From an uncultured Clostridia bacterium (GTDB taxonomy: Bacteria > Acidobacteriota > Aminicenantia > UBA2199), in the NCBI GenBank assembly GCA_964400545.1, contig CAYNUG010000001.1:2394-66393 (forward strand): a stretch of 64,000 bases of DNA, given 5' to 3'. Below are positions 26,669 to 35,061 of this stretch, piece after piece. A program made the translations under genes and the position numbers. Under the pieces are notes generated by a model. The model was given only the letters and a program-made list of their open reading frames with translations. It made no database searches and had not been told where the DNA came from. Each line of letters begins with the position of its first letter. Positions within the stretch are counted from its first letter, which is position 1.

Positions 26669-29272
26669 ATGAAGAAAACTCTGTTTTATGTGATACTAAT
26701 TTCATTATTTTGTACTCCATTTGTAGTGGGAGAAAACATAACATCCAACCCCGGACAAATCTTCCCGGGAACTGTGGTGAATTTCGGAATTCATGCTGGC
26801 AATCCTTCAAATATCTCACCTGCCTATAAATGGGACTTCGGTGACAACACGCCTCCCCAAACCAGTCAAAACCAATCTCCGACACATACTTATAAAGAAC
26901 CTGGAAATTATAATGTAACTTGCACAATAACTCATCCCGGAGGACCGCCGGCGATCCTTTCCATGCGCTTAACCGTAACAGAAAGAAGGACGGTAGAACC
27001 CAAGGGCAATACCTTCAAGGCTGGGACCCCGGTATTGTTGGAATCAAAGTATTTCGTTGATAATTCTCTGAATTGGGATTTCGGAGATAATACGATCACT
27101 AATGGCCAGAAAAATATGGAGCATACTTATCGGAACCCGGGAAATTATACAGTTAAAGTAAAAGATTATAGCGGTCATTCTTCTTCGGTTATTACCTGCA
27201 CCGTCAATATCGCTCCGGATAACAGATCTATAACCATGAATCCACAGAACCCTTCACTTTATGATGAGGTTACTTTTAATGCTGTCAACTTCCCCTCCGG
27301 ATCAATAGAGTGGGATTTTGACAGAGGAAATAAAAAGAACGGAGGACCGGTCGAAAAACACATATTCACTAATATGGGGACATTCAAAATAAAAGCGAGA
27401 GAATCCGGTTCAAGCACCCCTTTCGTAACTTTAAATATCTCCGTTAACCGGGATAAAAGAAAAATATCTACACAACCTAATTCAGCTTTTGTCGGTCAGG
27501 ATGTATCCATTAAACTTCAGAACAGTTCGGCAAATACTGTAAAATGGAAGATAGGAAAAGAAAACCCAATAAATAATTCCCCTCTGAATATCATGCATAA
27601 ATTCAAAAGCCCGGGAAGAATAGAGATAATCGCAGAGATACAGGGACAATCTCCTGTAAGAGGAACAATATCAATAAACGAAAATCGAAAGATCGAATCG
27701 GAAAGTAAATATCTTTTTGAAAAGGGCGAACTGAAGTTTACCGCCAGAAGATTTAACACTCCCTCCTCTCTCAAGTGGGATTTTGGAGATGGGACCGTAC
27801 GTACCGGAAATGACCGGATGATCTTCAGATACAAGAGACCGGGAAATTTTACAATAAAAGTATATGATTTCAACGGTTCCGCTGTCGTTCCGGTTAAGCT
27901 GAGAGTAAAAGTGATCAGGGATAACAGAGAAATAGTTTCCGTAAATAAAAAATTCTTTGAAAACACTGAGATCGAGTTCAATGCAAGAGGTTTTATCGAT
28001 AACAGGGTCAAGTGGAATTTCGGCGATGGAATAGAAATGAAAGGTTCAAAGCGTATTAAGCATAAATACAACAGAGCCGGAACATACAGAATATATGCTA
28101 TTGATATGGACGGTAAAGGAGATAAAAAAATAGATCTGAATGTTACTGTTCTTAAGGACACCAGGAATTTTCAGTTGGGGGATAAGATCATTGCAGGTGT
28201 ACCCGTTTCAATGCAGATAACAAATTCACAAGGCGGGAACTTCGAATGGAAATTGCCGGGCGGAAAAATTTCGTCAGGCCAGAGACCCGGAATGTTTGTG
28301 TTTTCCAAACCGGGAATGCAGACAATTGTTATCAAAGACAGATCAGGAATATATCCTCCGGTTACAAAAACAATAAATGTACAACAAGATAACAGATCTC
28401 TCGAGATCAAATCAGATTCACTGCTTATAGGAGACCCTTTAAAAATCACTCTTAAAAATTTCATCGGCAAATCAGTAAAGTATGATTTCGGAGATGGAAC
28501 TTCACCGGAAGTATCGGCAGGAACGGTTACACATAAATACATCTCCGCAGGTTCATTTGTAATCACAGTTATGGATTTTAAAGGTGCAGGGAAAAAGCAC
28601 TTTAAAAAAACCGTGACGATTAATGAGCAGATGGATGATTTTCAAATAATTAAAATGGAATTTACTTTCAATAACGGTAAATATTTCAGATTGATCCCGA
28701 GAAAAAGTTTTTCGCCCGGATATGTTCTTAAGCTCAACTTTAGAGGGAGAGGGATATTAACCGGCAACTGGATTTTTGACGGGCATATACTCGGAATTTT
28801 CACAAAACTTTCATCAGGAAGGAACCAGATCATATTCAAAGGAAATGAATTACCCAAACTGCCTGTATTAGATTCTGGAATTCATTCTTTAAGTTTTGAA
28901 TTTACAAATTTCAGATTCAAAGGACGGATCCCTATCCTGAGATATTTTGTAACTAATGGCAGATCTATCAAAACAATTTCCCCATCTCCCGGCGCCAAAT
29001 TCAGTATAGGAGAAAGCATTCGGTTGAAATGGAAGAACTTGGAAAAAGGAGACAGATTTCAAATAGCTGTTTCGAAGATCCCATTTCAATTCCTCAGCAA
29101 AAAAAATATCAAATGGAAAGATACAGGTGAAAATAATTATTTCGATCTTGACACGGATTCTTATACTAAAGGAGCATGGATCTACTGGCAAGTTAGAATA
29201 CTGGACGCAACGAACACGGTTTCGACAATGTCGGAAATTTCTTATTTCAGATTATTGAAAAACCGAATTTAG
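26669..29272 (+). CDS. secreted protein with 8 PKD-like repeats and a C-terminal uncharacterised module
   Basis: 867 aa with signal MKKTLFYVILISLFCTPFVVG. The PKD signature recurs eight times, e.g. WDFGDNT...HTYKEPGNYNVT and WDFGDGT...YKRPGNFTIKV. The C-terminal ~215 aa is paralogous to 32079-32733. Confidence 0.8.
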   Translation: MKKTLFYVILISLFCTPFVVGENITSNPGQIFPGTVVNFGIHAGNPSNISPAYKWDFGDNTPPQTSQNQSPTHTYKEPGNYNVTCTITHPGGPPAILSMRLTVTERRTVEPKGNTFKAGTPVLLESKYFVDNSLNWDFGDNTITNGQKNMEHTYRNPGNYTVKVKDYSGHSSSVITCTVNIAPDNRSITMNPQNPSLYDEVTFNAVNFPSGSIEWDFDRGNKKNGGPVEKHIFTNMGTFKIKARESGSSTPFVTLNISVNRDKRKISTQPNSAFVGQDVSIKLQNSSANTVKWKIGKENPINNSPLNIMHKFKSPGRIEIIAEIQGQSPVRGTISINENRKIESESKYLFEKGELKFTARRFNTPSSLKWDFGDGTVRTGNDRMIFRYKRPGNFTIKVYDFNGSAVVPVKLRVKVIRDNREIVSVNKKFFENTEIEFNARGFIDNRVKWNFGDGIEMKGSKRIKHKYNRAGTYRIYAIDMDGKGDKKIDLNVTVLKDTRNFQLGDKIIAGVPVSMQITNSQGGNFEWKLPGGKISSGQRPGMFVFSKPGMQTIVIKDRSGIYPPVTKTINVQQDNRSLEIKSDSLLIGDPLKITLKNFIGKSVKYDFGDGTSPEVSAGTVTHKYISAGSFVITVMDFKGAGKKHFKKTVTINEQMDDFQIIKMEFTFNNGKYFRLIPRKSFSPGYVLKLNFRGRGILTGNWIFDGHILGIFTKLSSGRNQIIFKGNELPKLPVLDSGIHSLSFEFTNFRFKGRIPILRYFVTNGRSIKTISPSPGAKFSIGESIRLKWKNLEKGDRFQIAVSKIPFQFLSKKNIKWKDTGENNYFDLDTDSYTKGAWIYWQVRILDATNTVSTMSEISYFRLLKNRI
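26756..28625 (+). repeat. eight tandem PKD-like coding units (protein-level repeat)
   Basis: Equivalent Trp codons lie at 26831, 27074, 27311, 27545, 27776, 28013 and 28247, with Tyr at 28481, giving a period of 231-243 nt, all in frame. The units are diverged at nucleotide level. Confidence 0.75.
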
Positions 29273-29355
29273 TTGCCTCTTACAGTCTTGAATTTTTTAT
29301 TATTTTCATATATTGTTTTTAACAACATCATGAGTATCCAAGAAGGAGTGAAAAA

Positions 29356-31263
29356 ATGCAAACAAAATTTCATTATGTCTTAATCCTGCTTTTATTATTG
29401 AATTTCGGTCTTTGGAGCAAATCTTTCGGATTCTCCAACTATCTTCCGGTTATTGAAAAGGGAGATAGTGAAATTACTATCAAAGTTACTACTCTTAGCC
29501 GTGGAGATGATTTTTATCTCTATTATAAAACGGAAGGACTTAGTCACTATCAGGTAAGAAAGATGCTAGTCAATTCGAAAGGAGAGATCTATTATAAACT
29601 TCCGGTTGAGAATCTATACGGAAAAAATCTGGAGTATTTCATCTTTGAAAAAGACAAGAGTAAAATAAGACCCCTTTCTCCTGTTTTCACGATTACTAAT
29701 TTTACAAAGAAAGAATCTCCAAGAATATATTTCATGGATGCAGGATCTGGATCATCCACTCCGAAAAAGAGAAATCCTTTTATTAAGATCAGTCCTTCGT
29801 ACTCTGCATCATTAAGGTTATATGACAACATGAATAATCAGGAAGAACCATTCGCAAATGATGGGAGATTGAAATTATACAGGAATATTTATGATGGTGA
29901 ATATCAATTTGATTTCGAATCCGAATTAACATATCTGGATCAGATCGGACCTGACGAGAGTCATATCAACCTTTCAAGCATGATAATAAGATTCAAGAAG
30001 GGAAATCATAAATTTGAAGCCGGTGATGTTTCAATGTGTTATACAAATTTCACTGCTCCCATGTTGAATAGAAGGGGATTGAACTATGAAATGACAGGGA
30101 AAAAAGTAAACTTGAATCTCTTTTCATTAAATTCCCAACAGAAGACCGGTTTTGAAGGTTTTGGAATTCCTATCCCCGATGCAAATTTATTCGGAGCATC
30201 AACCGGGTATAAGATCGGGCAAAATTTTAAGGTAACAACTCTTTTCATCACGGGAAAAGACAGAACTGACAGTAAAACGGTATATTCCAATGAGGATCCT
30301 TATAGAGAAGGAGATATTATTTCGTTATGGGGGGAATTAAAACTTTTAAAAAGAAGCCTTACATTAAAAGGAGAGATCGCTCAAAGTAATTTCGGGAAGG
30401 GCGAATCCAGTAACGATATAACCAAAGAGAAAGATACTGCCTGGAAAGCAGGTTTTAACTATTACAAAGGTAAAGTATCTGCAAGCGGAACATTTAAGAG
30501 GATTGGTACCGACTATCATTCTATTGCAAATCTGATGCTTCTTAATGACCGCGAAGGTCTTAACACAACTATAGGTCTGACATTCTCTAAACTCACATGG
30601 AATGTCACATATATGGATGAAAAAAACTATCTTAACAGCACTGAATGGAACAAAGAAAGGACAAAAGAGATCAAAACAGATGTAAATTGGACATTGGGAA
30701 ATCACTTTAGTATTGGAGGAAATGTTGGAAGAAATAATCTCAATTATGATGAGTCAACAGGGCTTCAAAACTCAGGTAACCCGATGAATACAACAACATA
30801 TCAGGGAAATATCAGATACTTTGCAGGCAGAAACAGTATCTCATTCGGAATTGGTCAAATAGAATCAGAAAATTTCAGATCTAACTTCAGTACAAATCTG
30901 TCAATGATGCTGAATCTTGGGAAGTTCCTGTCCCTTACGCCTTCAGCATCATATACCAGCACCGAGAATTTGACCGATAACTCAACCTCAAAGACACTCA
31001 ACGTAACATTAAGCTCCGAACTGACATTCATTCCGGAAATTTTCACTATAAGCAACTATTCATCGTACTACAAGAGTGATAATGTTAATTCACAAATGGA
31101 AATATTCTCCACGGATCTAAGTCTTAATTTCTTTATGGCCAAGATTTTTAAGAACAAGATCCGCCCCTCACTATCATTAAAAAGCAATTATAAAAGTGAA
31201 AACAATTCGGGAGTAATAGTTGACACACTCACTCTGTATTTAAAAGCAAACATATCATTCTAG
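29356..31263 (+). CDS. outer-membrane beta-barrel protein candidate with N-terminal soluble domain
   Basis: 635 aa with signal MQTKFHYVLILLLLLNFGLWS. The first ~110 aa are beta-rich. A long run of alternating amphipathic strands rich in Y/N/S/T/G follows, ending in a C-terminal aromatic (LKANISF). No family recognised. Confidence 0.55.
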   Translation: MQTKFHYVLILLLLLNFGLWSKSFGFSNYLPVIEKGDSEITIKVTTLSRGDDFYLYYKTEGLSHYQVRKMLVNSKGEIYYKLPVENLYGKNLEYFIFEKDKSKIRPLSPVFTITNFTKKESPRIYFMDAGSGSSTPKKRNPFIKISPSYSASLRLYDNMNNQEEPFANDGRLKLYRNIYDGEYQFDFESELTYLDQIGPDESHINLSSMIIRFKKGNHKFEAGDVSMCYTNFTAPMLNRRGLNYEMTGKKVNLNLFSLNSQQKTGFEGFGIPIPDANLFGASTGYKIGQNFKVTTLFITGKDRTDSKTVYSNEDPYREGDIISLWGELKLLKRSLTLKGEIAQSNFGKGESSNDITKEKDTAWKAGFNYYKGKVSASGTFKRIGTDYHSIANLMLLNDREGLNTTIGLTFSKLTWNVTYMDEKNYLNSTEWNKERTKEIKTDVNWTLGNHFSIGGNVGRNNLNYDESTGLQNSGNPMNTTTYQGNIRYFAGRNSISFGIGQIESENFRSNFSTNLSMMLNLGKFLSLTPSASYTSTENLTDNSTSKTLNVTLSSELTFIPEIFTISNYSSYYKSDNVNSQMEIFSTDLSLNFFMAKIFKNKIRPSLSLKSNYKSENNSGVIVDTLTLYLKANISF

Positions 31264-31275
31264 GAGAACAGAAAA

Positions 31276-33060
31276 ATGAAAAAAACAATATTGATACTAA
31301 CAATTTCATTTATTTTTGCATTGTCATCTTATTCAGCGATCATTGTAAATAATGACGGTCCCTACCATATAGGAGTCAGAATAGGATTTAATAAGGATTG
31401 TCATGACTTCGGCAGGGGTGAATCCAATTGGGAATTCGGAGACGATACTGTCAAAGGGTTCGCAGATGATCTCGACCACGGTTGGCAATATCATTCTTAC
31501 TCTATTCCCGGGACATATAAAGTGACATATACTCATGGTTCAACTATATCAACCCCAATGTGTGGAGTTACATCTGCAGCCTATTCTGAGACTTATATGA
31601 TAACCATTCTACCCGGCAGATTACTCACGGCTTCGCCCTCTAATCCGGGAGTCGACCAACTCGTTTATTTTAGTGCCTTGAACTTTAACGGATCCTCTCT
31701 TTTATGGAACTTCGGAGAAAGTTCATCAATATGGGGAAGCCCTTATCAAACTCACCGATATTCACGGGAAGGAGTTTATACTGTTTCAGTAATGGAAAAG
31801 GATATCAGACATACTCCCGTTACTACTGTTGTTACAGTTTTGCCTGATAACAGGTTCATCCAGGTTTCTAATTCTGAAATAAGGACCGGACAACCGATAA
31901 TTATCTATGCCAGGAATTTTTACGGGGAAACTATTCTCTGGAATTTTGGTGACGGGACAATAATTCTGGGCGGACAAACTGTTTCTCATATTTATAAAAG
32001 ACCCGGCAACTATACTATCACAGCTATTGATGACGAAGGAACAAGTAAAAAGAAATTTGAGACAAAAATACATGCTTTCGGAATATCTGACACAGTTCTT
32101 CTTGAAATAGCCGAACTCAGCTTTGCCAACGGGAAATATTTCATGGTAGTTCCAAGAAAATCGGACATACTGAAACCAATTCTGAGATTGAAAATGAGAG
32201 GAACCGGGGTTGTCACAGGATACTGGTTATATGATGGAGCAGTTTTTGGATTTATTAATGAATTATCAACTCAGGGTGCTGTTAAAGAGATAACAATGGA
32301 TAAAACTCATCCGTTACCAACCATCGATCCCGGAGTTCATACAATTACATTCCATCTCACAAATCCGGAAACCGAAGCAGTTTTCCCTATTCTGCGATAC
32401 TATGTATTGCCATATGAAAGAGGATTCACACTGCTCTCTCCTCCAGATGGTTTCGTTGCAAAAGACAAAGAGATCCCGGAATTTTCATGGGAACAGATAA
32501 AAGGAGGAGCGGCGAAATATCAGATAGCTTTCGAGAAATCTCTTTATAATCTTATGGATAACAAATCTTCAGTGAAATGGACAGATGTTAAGGGAAGTCT
32601 GAATTTCACTCCAGACAAAATTATATGGAACGGACTAAAAAGGAACAGATGGACATACTGGAAAGTTAGAGCTTTTGACAGTTTTAATAATGTTGTAGGA
32701 GAAAGTGGAATTAATGAGATAAAGGTCGTTATAGCCAAAGCGGAGATCACACTGAACAAGATCACAGATCTTGAAGGAAAAAAGATCCATTTGGGCAAGG
32801 ATGGCATTTTCTCCGGGTCAGATATGATTCTGATAAACGGCAGCGTGGAATACAAAGGAGATTCAAAGTTCCTTATTCTTCAGGTCATGGTAAATGATAA
32901 AATGATCGATCAGCTCCTTTTTAGAGATGTTAAGAAAAACGAGATAAGAACATTTGAAACATCCGTGCCAGGAAAAAAGAAAGGTAAGATAGTTTTCCGT
33001 GTTCTAAAATCCTCATCTCCCTCTGTTGTCGTCGGGATAAAAGGGATATTACTGAAGTAA
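31276..33060 (+). CDS. secreted protein with 3 PKD-like repeats, the shared C-terminal module and an extra C-terminal beta domain
   Basis: 594 aa with signal MKKTILILTISFIFALSSYSA and repeats WEFGDDT, WNFGESS and WNFGDGT...YKRPGNYTITA. The module at 32079-32733 aligns with 28631-29269. Starts 12 nt after the barrel gene. Confidence 0.75.
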   Translation: MKKTILILTISFIFALSSYSAIIVNNDGPYHIGVRIGFNKDCHDFGRGESNWEFGDDTVKGFADDLDHGWQYHSYSIPGTYKVTYTHGSTISTPMCGVTSAAYSETYMITILPGRLLTASPSNPGVDQLVYFSALNFNGSSLLWNFGESSSIWGSPYQTHRYSREGVYTVSVMEKDIRHTPVTTVVTVLPDNRFIQVSNSEIRTGQPIIIYARNFYGETILWNFGDGTIILGGQTVSHIYKRPGNYTITAIDDEGTSKKKFETKIHAFGISDTVLLEIAELSFANGKYFMVVPRKSDILKPILRLKMRGTGVVTGYWLYDGAVFGFINELSTQGAVKEITMDKTHPLPTIDPGVHTITFHLTNPETEAVFPILRYYVLPYERGFTLLSPPDGFVAKDKEIPEFSWEQIKGGAAKYQIAFEKSLYNLMDNKSSVKWTDVKGSLNFTPDKIIWNGLKRNRWTYWKVRAFDSFNNVVGESGINEIKVVIAKAEITLNKITDLEGKKIHLGKDGIFSGSDMILINGSVEYKGDSKFLILQVMVNDKMIDQLLFRDVKKNEIRTFETSVPGKKKGKIVFRVLKSSSPSVVVGIKGILLK

Positions 33061-33126
33061 AATATTTTAATGGTCACTGCTTCTAAAAAGCAGGCGGACT
33101 TTTATAAAGTTACAGAGCCTTTGCAG

Positions 33127-33783
33127 TTATTTATTATTTTCTTTAATAAAAAATGTCAGTGAAGTGCTTTTTCCTTTGTAAAAAGTGGAAAGAAGATAAT
33201 ATCCGCTGTATTTAAGTTTCAGAAAATAATGATTAGTTTTCCCTGAGTAAAGATAAACAGGTTTTTTACCTTCCGGTATAACAATGAGTTTTGATCTCAC
33301 GGACTTCCCATCTGACAGAATTCTGATCCGTAGATCGTCTGACATTTTTTTATTGAACAGATCTTCGGGAATGATCTCCAATCCTTGTCCAGAAAACAAT
33401 TTTTCGTCATCAGCTTCTCTCTTTCCCGGAAAGACAACAGCTCTTCCATAAAAGAAAGGTGTCTTTGATAGTTTTTTCTTCAAACTGAAAACGATCAAAT
33501 ACTCCGAATCCGGGACCGCATCAACCACTCCTGTCCATGTTTTACCTTTCCTCAAAATTTCAACCGGTTTCTTCACTCCATGATCAACGAAATAAACACT
33601 ACCGATCATTTCTCGTTTCAGCAATAATTCATTTTCAGGGAATTTATGTCCACAGCATATCCGGAACATGATACCTTTTTCGGCTCCGGATATTCCTGTC
33701 TCGGGAATTATCCATTTATAATGTGAAAATACAGGTAATGAAAAAAATAATACCATAATTACTATTTGAATTTTTTTATTCAT
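33127..33783 (-). CDS. DUF4198-like periplasmic protein (family linked to Ni/Co uptake)
   Basis: 218 aa. Signal peptide ends ...LPVFS followed by HYKWIIP (mature N-terminal His), plus CCGHKFPENE and GLEIIPE, the pattern recalled for DUF4198. Strong GAGGAG RBS. Confidence 0.5.
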   Translation of the reverse strand: MNKKIQIVIMVLFFSLPVFSHYKWIIPETGISGAEKGIMFRICCGHKFPENELLLKREMIGSVYFVDHGVKKPVEILRKGKTWTGVVDAVPDSEYLIVFSLKKKLSKTPFFYGRAVVFPGKREADDEKLFSGQGLEIIPEDLFNKKMSDDLRIRILSDGKSVRSKLIVIPEGKKPVYLYSGKTNHYFLKLKYSGYYLLSTFYKGKSTSLTFFIKENNK

Positions 33784-33806
33784 CTTTTCTTCTCCTCAAT
33801 ACTTTG

Positions 33807-33833
33807 GTGTTACGATATTTGCAAACGTAACAC
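33807..33833. promoter_or_regulatory. perfect 8-bp inverted repeat (operator candidate) in a divergent intergenic region
   Basis: GTGTTACG (33807-33814), 11-nt spacer ATATTTGCAAA, CGTAACAC (33826-33833). Lies in the 106-bp gap between 33783 (-) and 33890 (+). Confidence 0.35.
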
Positions 33834-33889
33834 TTGGCACGCAAAAAGTCAATCATTTTTTTATTATTCACTTTGTAGTAAAATTAAGT

Positions 33890-35008
33890 ATGGGACTAAA
33901 AAAAATTATATTTATTAGCATATCCGTGTTTTTTCTTTCACAAATACTTCCGGCCTCAGGTCCTCCTGGAGGAAGTAAAACCGAATTTGATCTTAAAATT
34001 GATGTCAGGTCATATTTTTCTAACGACCAGAGGATCCAGTGGAGCGGAGCGGAAGCAACATTTGGAACAGAAGCGATCATCCGTGGAAATGCAAAAAAAA
34101 TGATCAGGAACACCGAGTTCTTTGCAGGTGGGGAGATCAGGCTGAATCAGTCATTTGACAATAATTTCCTTGTTGATGAGTATAGAGAAAAATATATTCA
34201 GAACTTCAAGACAGACCGCTTTCAGATAGCAGGGATGTTTGTCGGGCTGAGAGTAAAGAATTTCGAATTATCATTGGGGAAGAGGAGATCGATCTTCGGA
34301 AATGACCAATTGGTACATCTTACAAACGGAGAAATTTTCCAGCCTTTCATCAGAACTGAATCCGTGCTATGGTGGGAGACAGGGCTTTTCCTGAAATACA
34401 GAAAGGGAATAATTCGGCTCGATCTGTCGGTTGTGAACGGAGGACCCGATAAAGATACCAACTCCAGTAAAGCCGCAGTAGCAAGAGCCGGGATCGAATT
34501 GAAGAATTTTGCTATCGGTGTATCGGCAAAAGTTCAGGACGGAATAGGTTCAGAACAGCAAAAACAATATAAGAACCATATAGGATTTGATATTTCATTC
34601 AGATCAGGAAAGTTCAGACTTTCCGCAGAAGGGATCTATGATGAATATGGATTCAGGAAAGAATTTAACAGCGATGATATATTCTGGGAAAGGAGTCTGT
34701 ACTACAGAGATCAGTTTTATAAATCGGAGACTCCTATCACAGGAATTGGCGGATATATTGATCTCAGCTATCACAACAACAAGATCCTTGTGAATATTAA
34801 CTACGGGGAATTCCATCCTGAGAAGATCAATAATCCTTATCATGATCCCCCGATAAGGAGAGGAATATTGAAGTTCATATATAATTTTTCACACGGATTT
34901 GGTATTTTTCTTAGTACTTTAATAGAGAATGACAGGTTAAGAGAGCCTGTTTTTTCAGGGGCTGAAGGCTACGCATATATAGTTGGCATGACATTTTCTA
35001 TAAATTGA
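33890..35008 (+). CDS. porin-like outer-membrane protein candidate
   Basis: 372 aa with signal MGLKKIIFISISVFFLSQILPASG and an alternating beta-strand pattern throughout. No specific family recognised. Confidence 0.4.
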   Translation: MGLKKIIFISISVFFLSQILPASGPPGGSKTEFDLKIDVRSYFSNDQRIQWSGAEATFGTEAIIRGNAKKMIRNTEFFAGGEIRLNQSFDNNFLVDEYREKYIQNFKTDRFQIAGMFVGLRVKNFELSLGKRRSIFGNDQLVHLTNGEIFQPFIRTESVLWWETGLFLKYRKGIIRLDLSVVNGGPDKDTNSSKAAVARAGIELKNFAIGVSAKVQDGIGSEQQKQYKNHIGFDISFRSGKFRLSAEGIYDEYGFRKEFNSDDIFWERSLYYRDQFYKSETPITGIGGYIDLSYHNNKILVNINYGEFHPEKINNPYHDPPIRRGILKFIYNFSHGFGIFLSTLIENDRLREPVFSGAEGYAYIVGMTFSIN

Positions 35009-35061
35009 TTTTTTTTGAGATATCAGATATCCGATCTTTATTTATAAGCAAGGAGAAAAAA

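Noticed and set aside
27517-28566. 214-aa and 131-aa - strand ORFs inside the 8xPKD gene
   Set aside because: They are antisense to a strongly supported repeat-domain CDS, with no RBS and no recognisable motifs. Long shadow ORFs are typical of low-GC coding sequence.
26756-28625. The ~234-nt periodicity as a nucleotide-level tandem repeat, CRISPR-like array or phase-variable repeat
   Set aside because: The periodicity is at protein-domain level (PKD units). The nucleotide sequences of the units are diverged, there are no identical direct repeats, and the whole stretch is one open reading frame.
26669-33060. The PKD-barrel-PKD cluster as a porin-cytochrome extracellular electron conduit, or as T9SS cargo
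   Set aside because: None of the three proteins has a CxxCH heme-binding motif. Their C-termini do not resemble the T9SS C-terminal sorting domain as I remember it.
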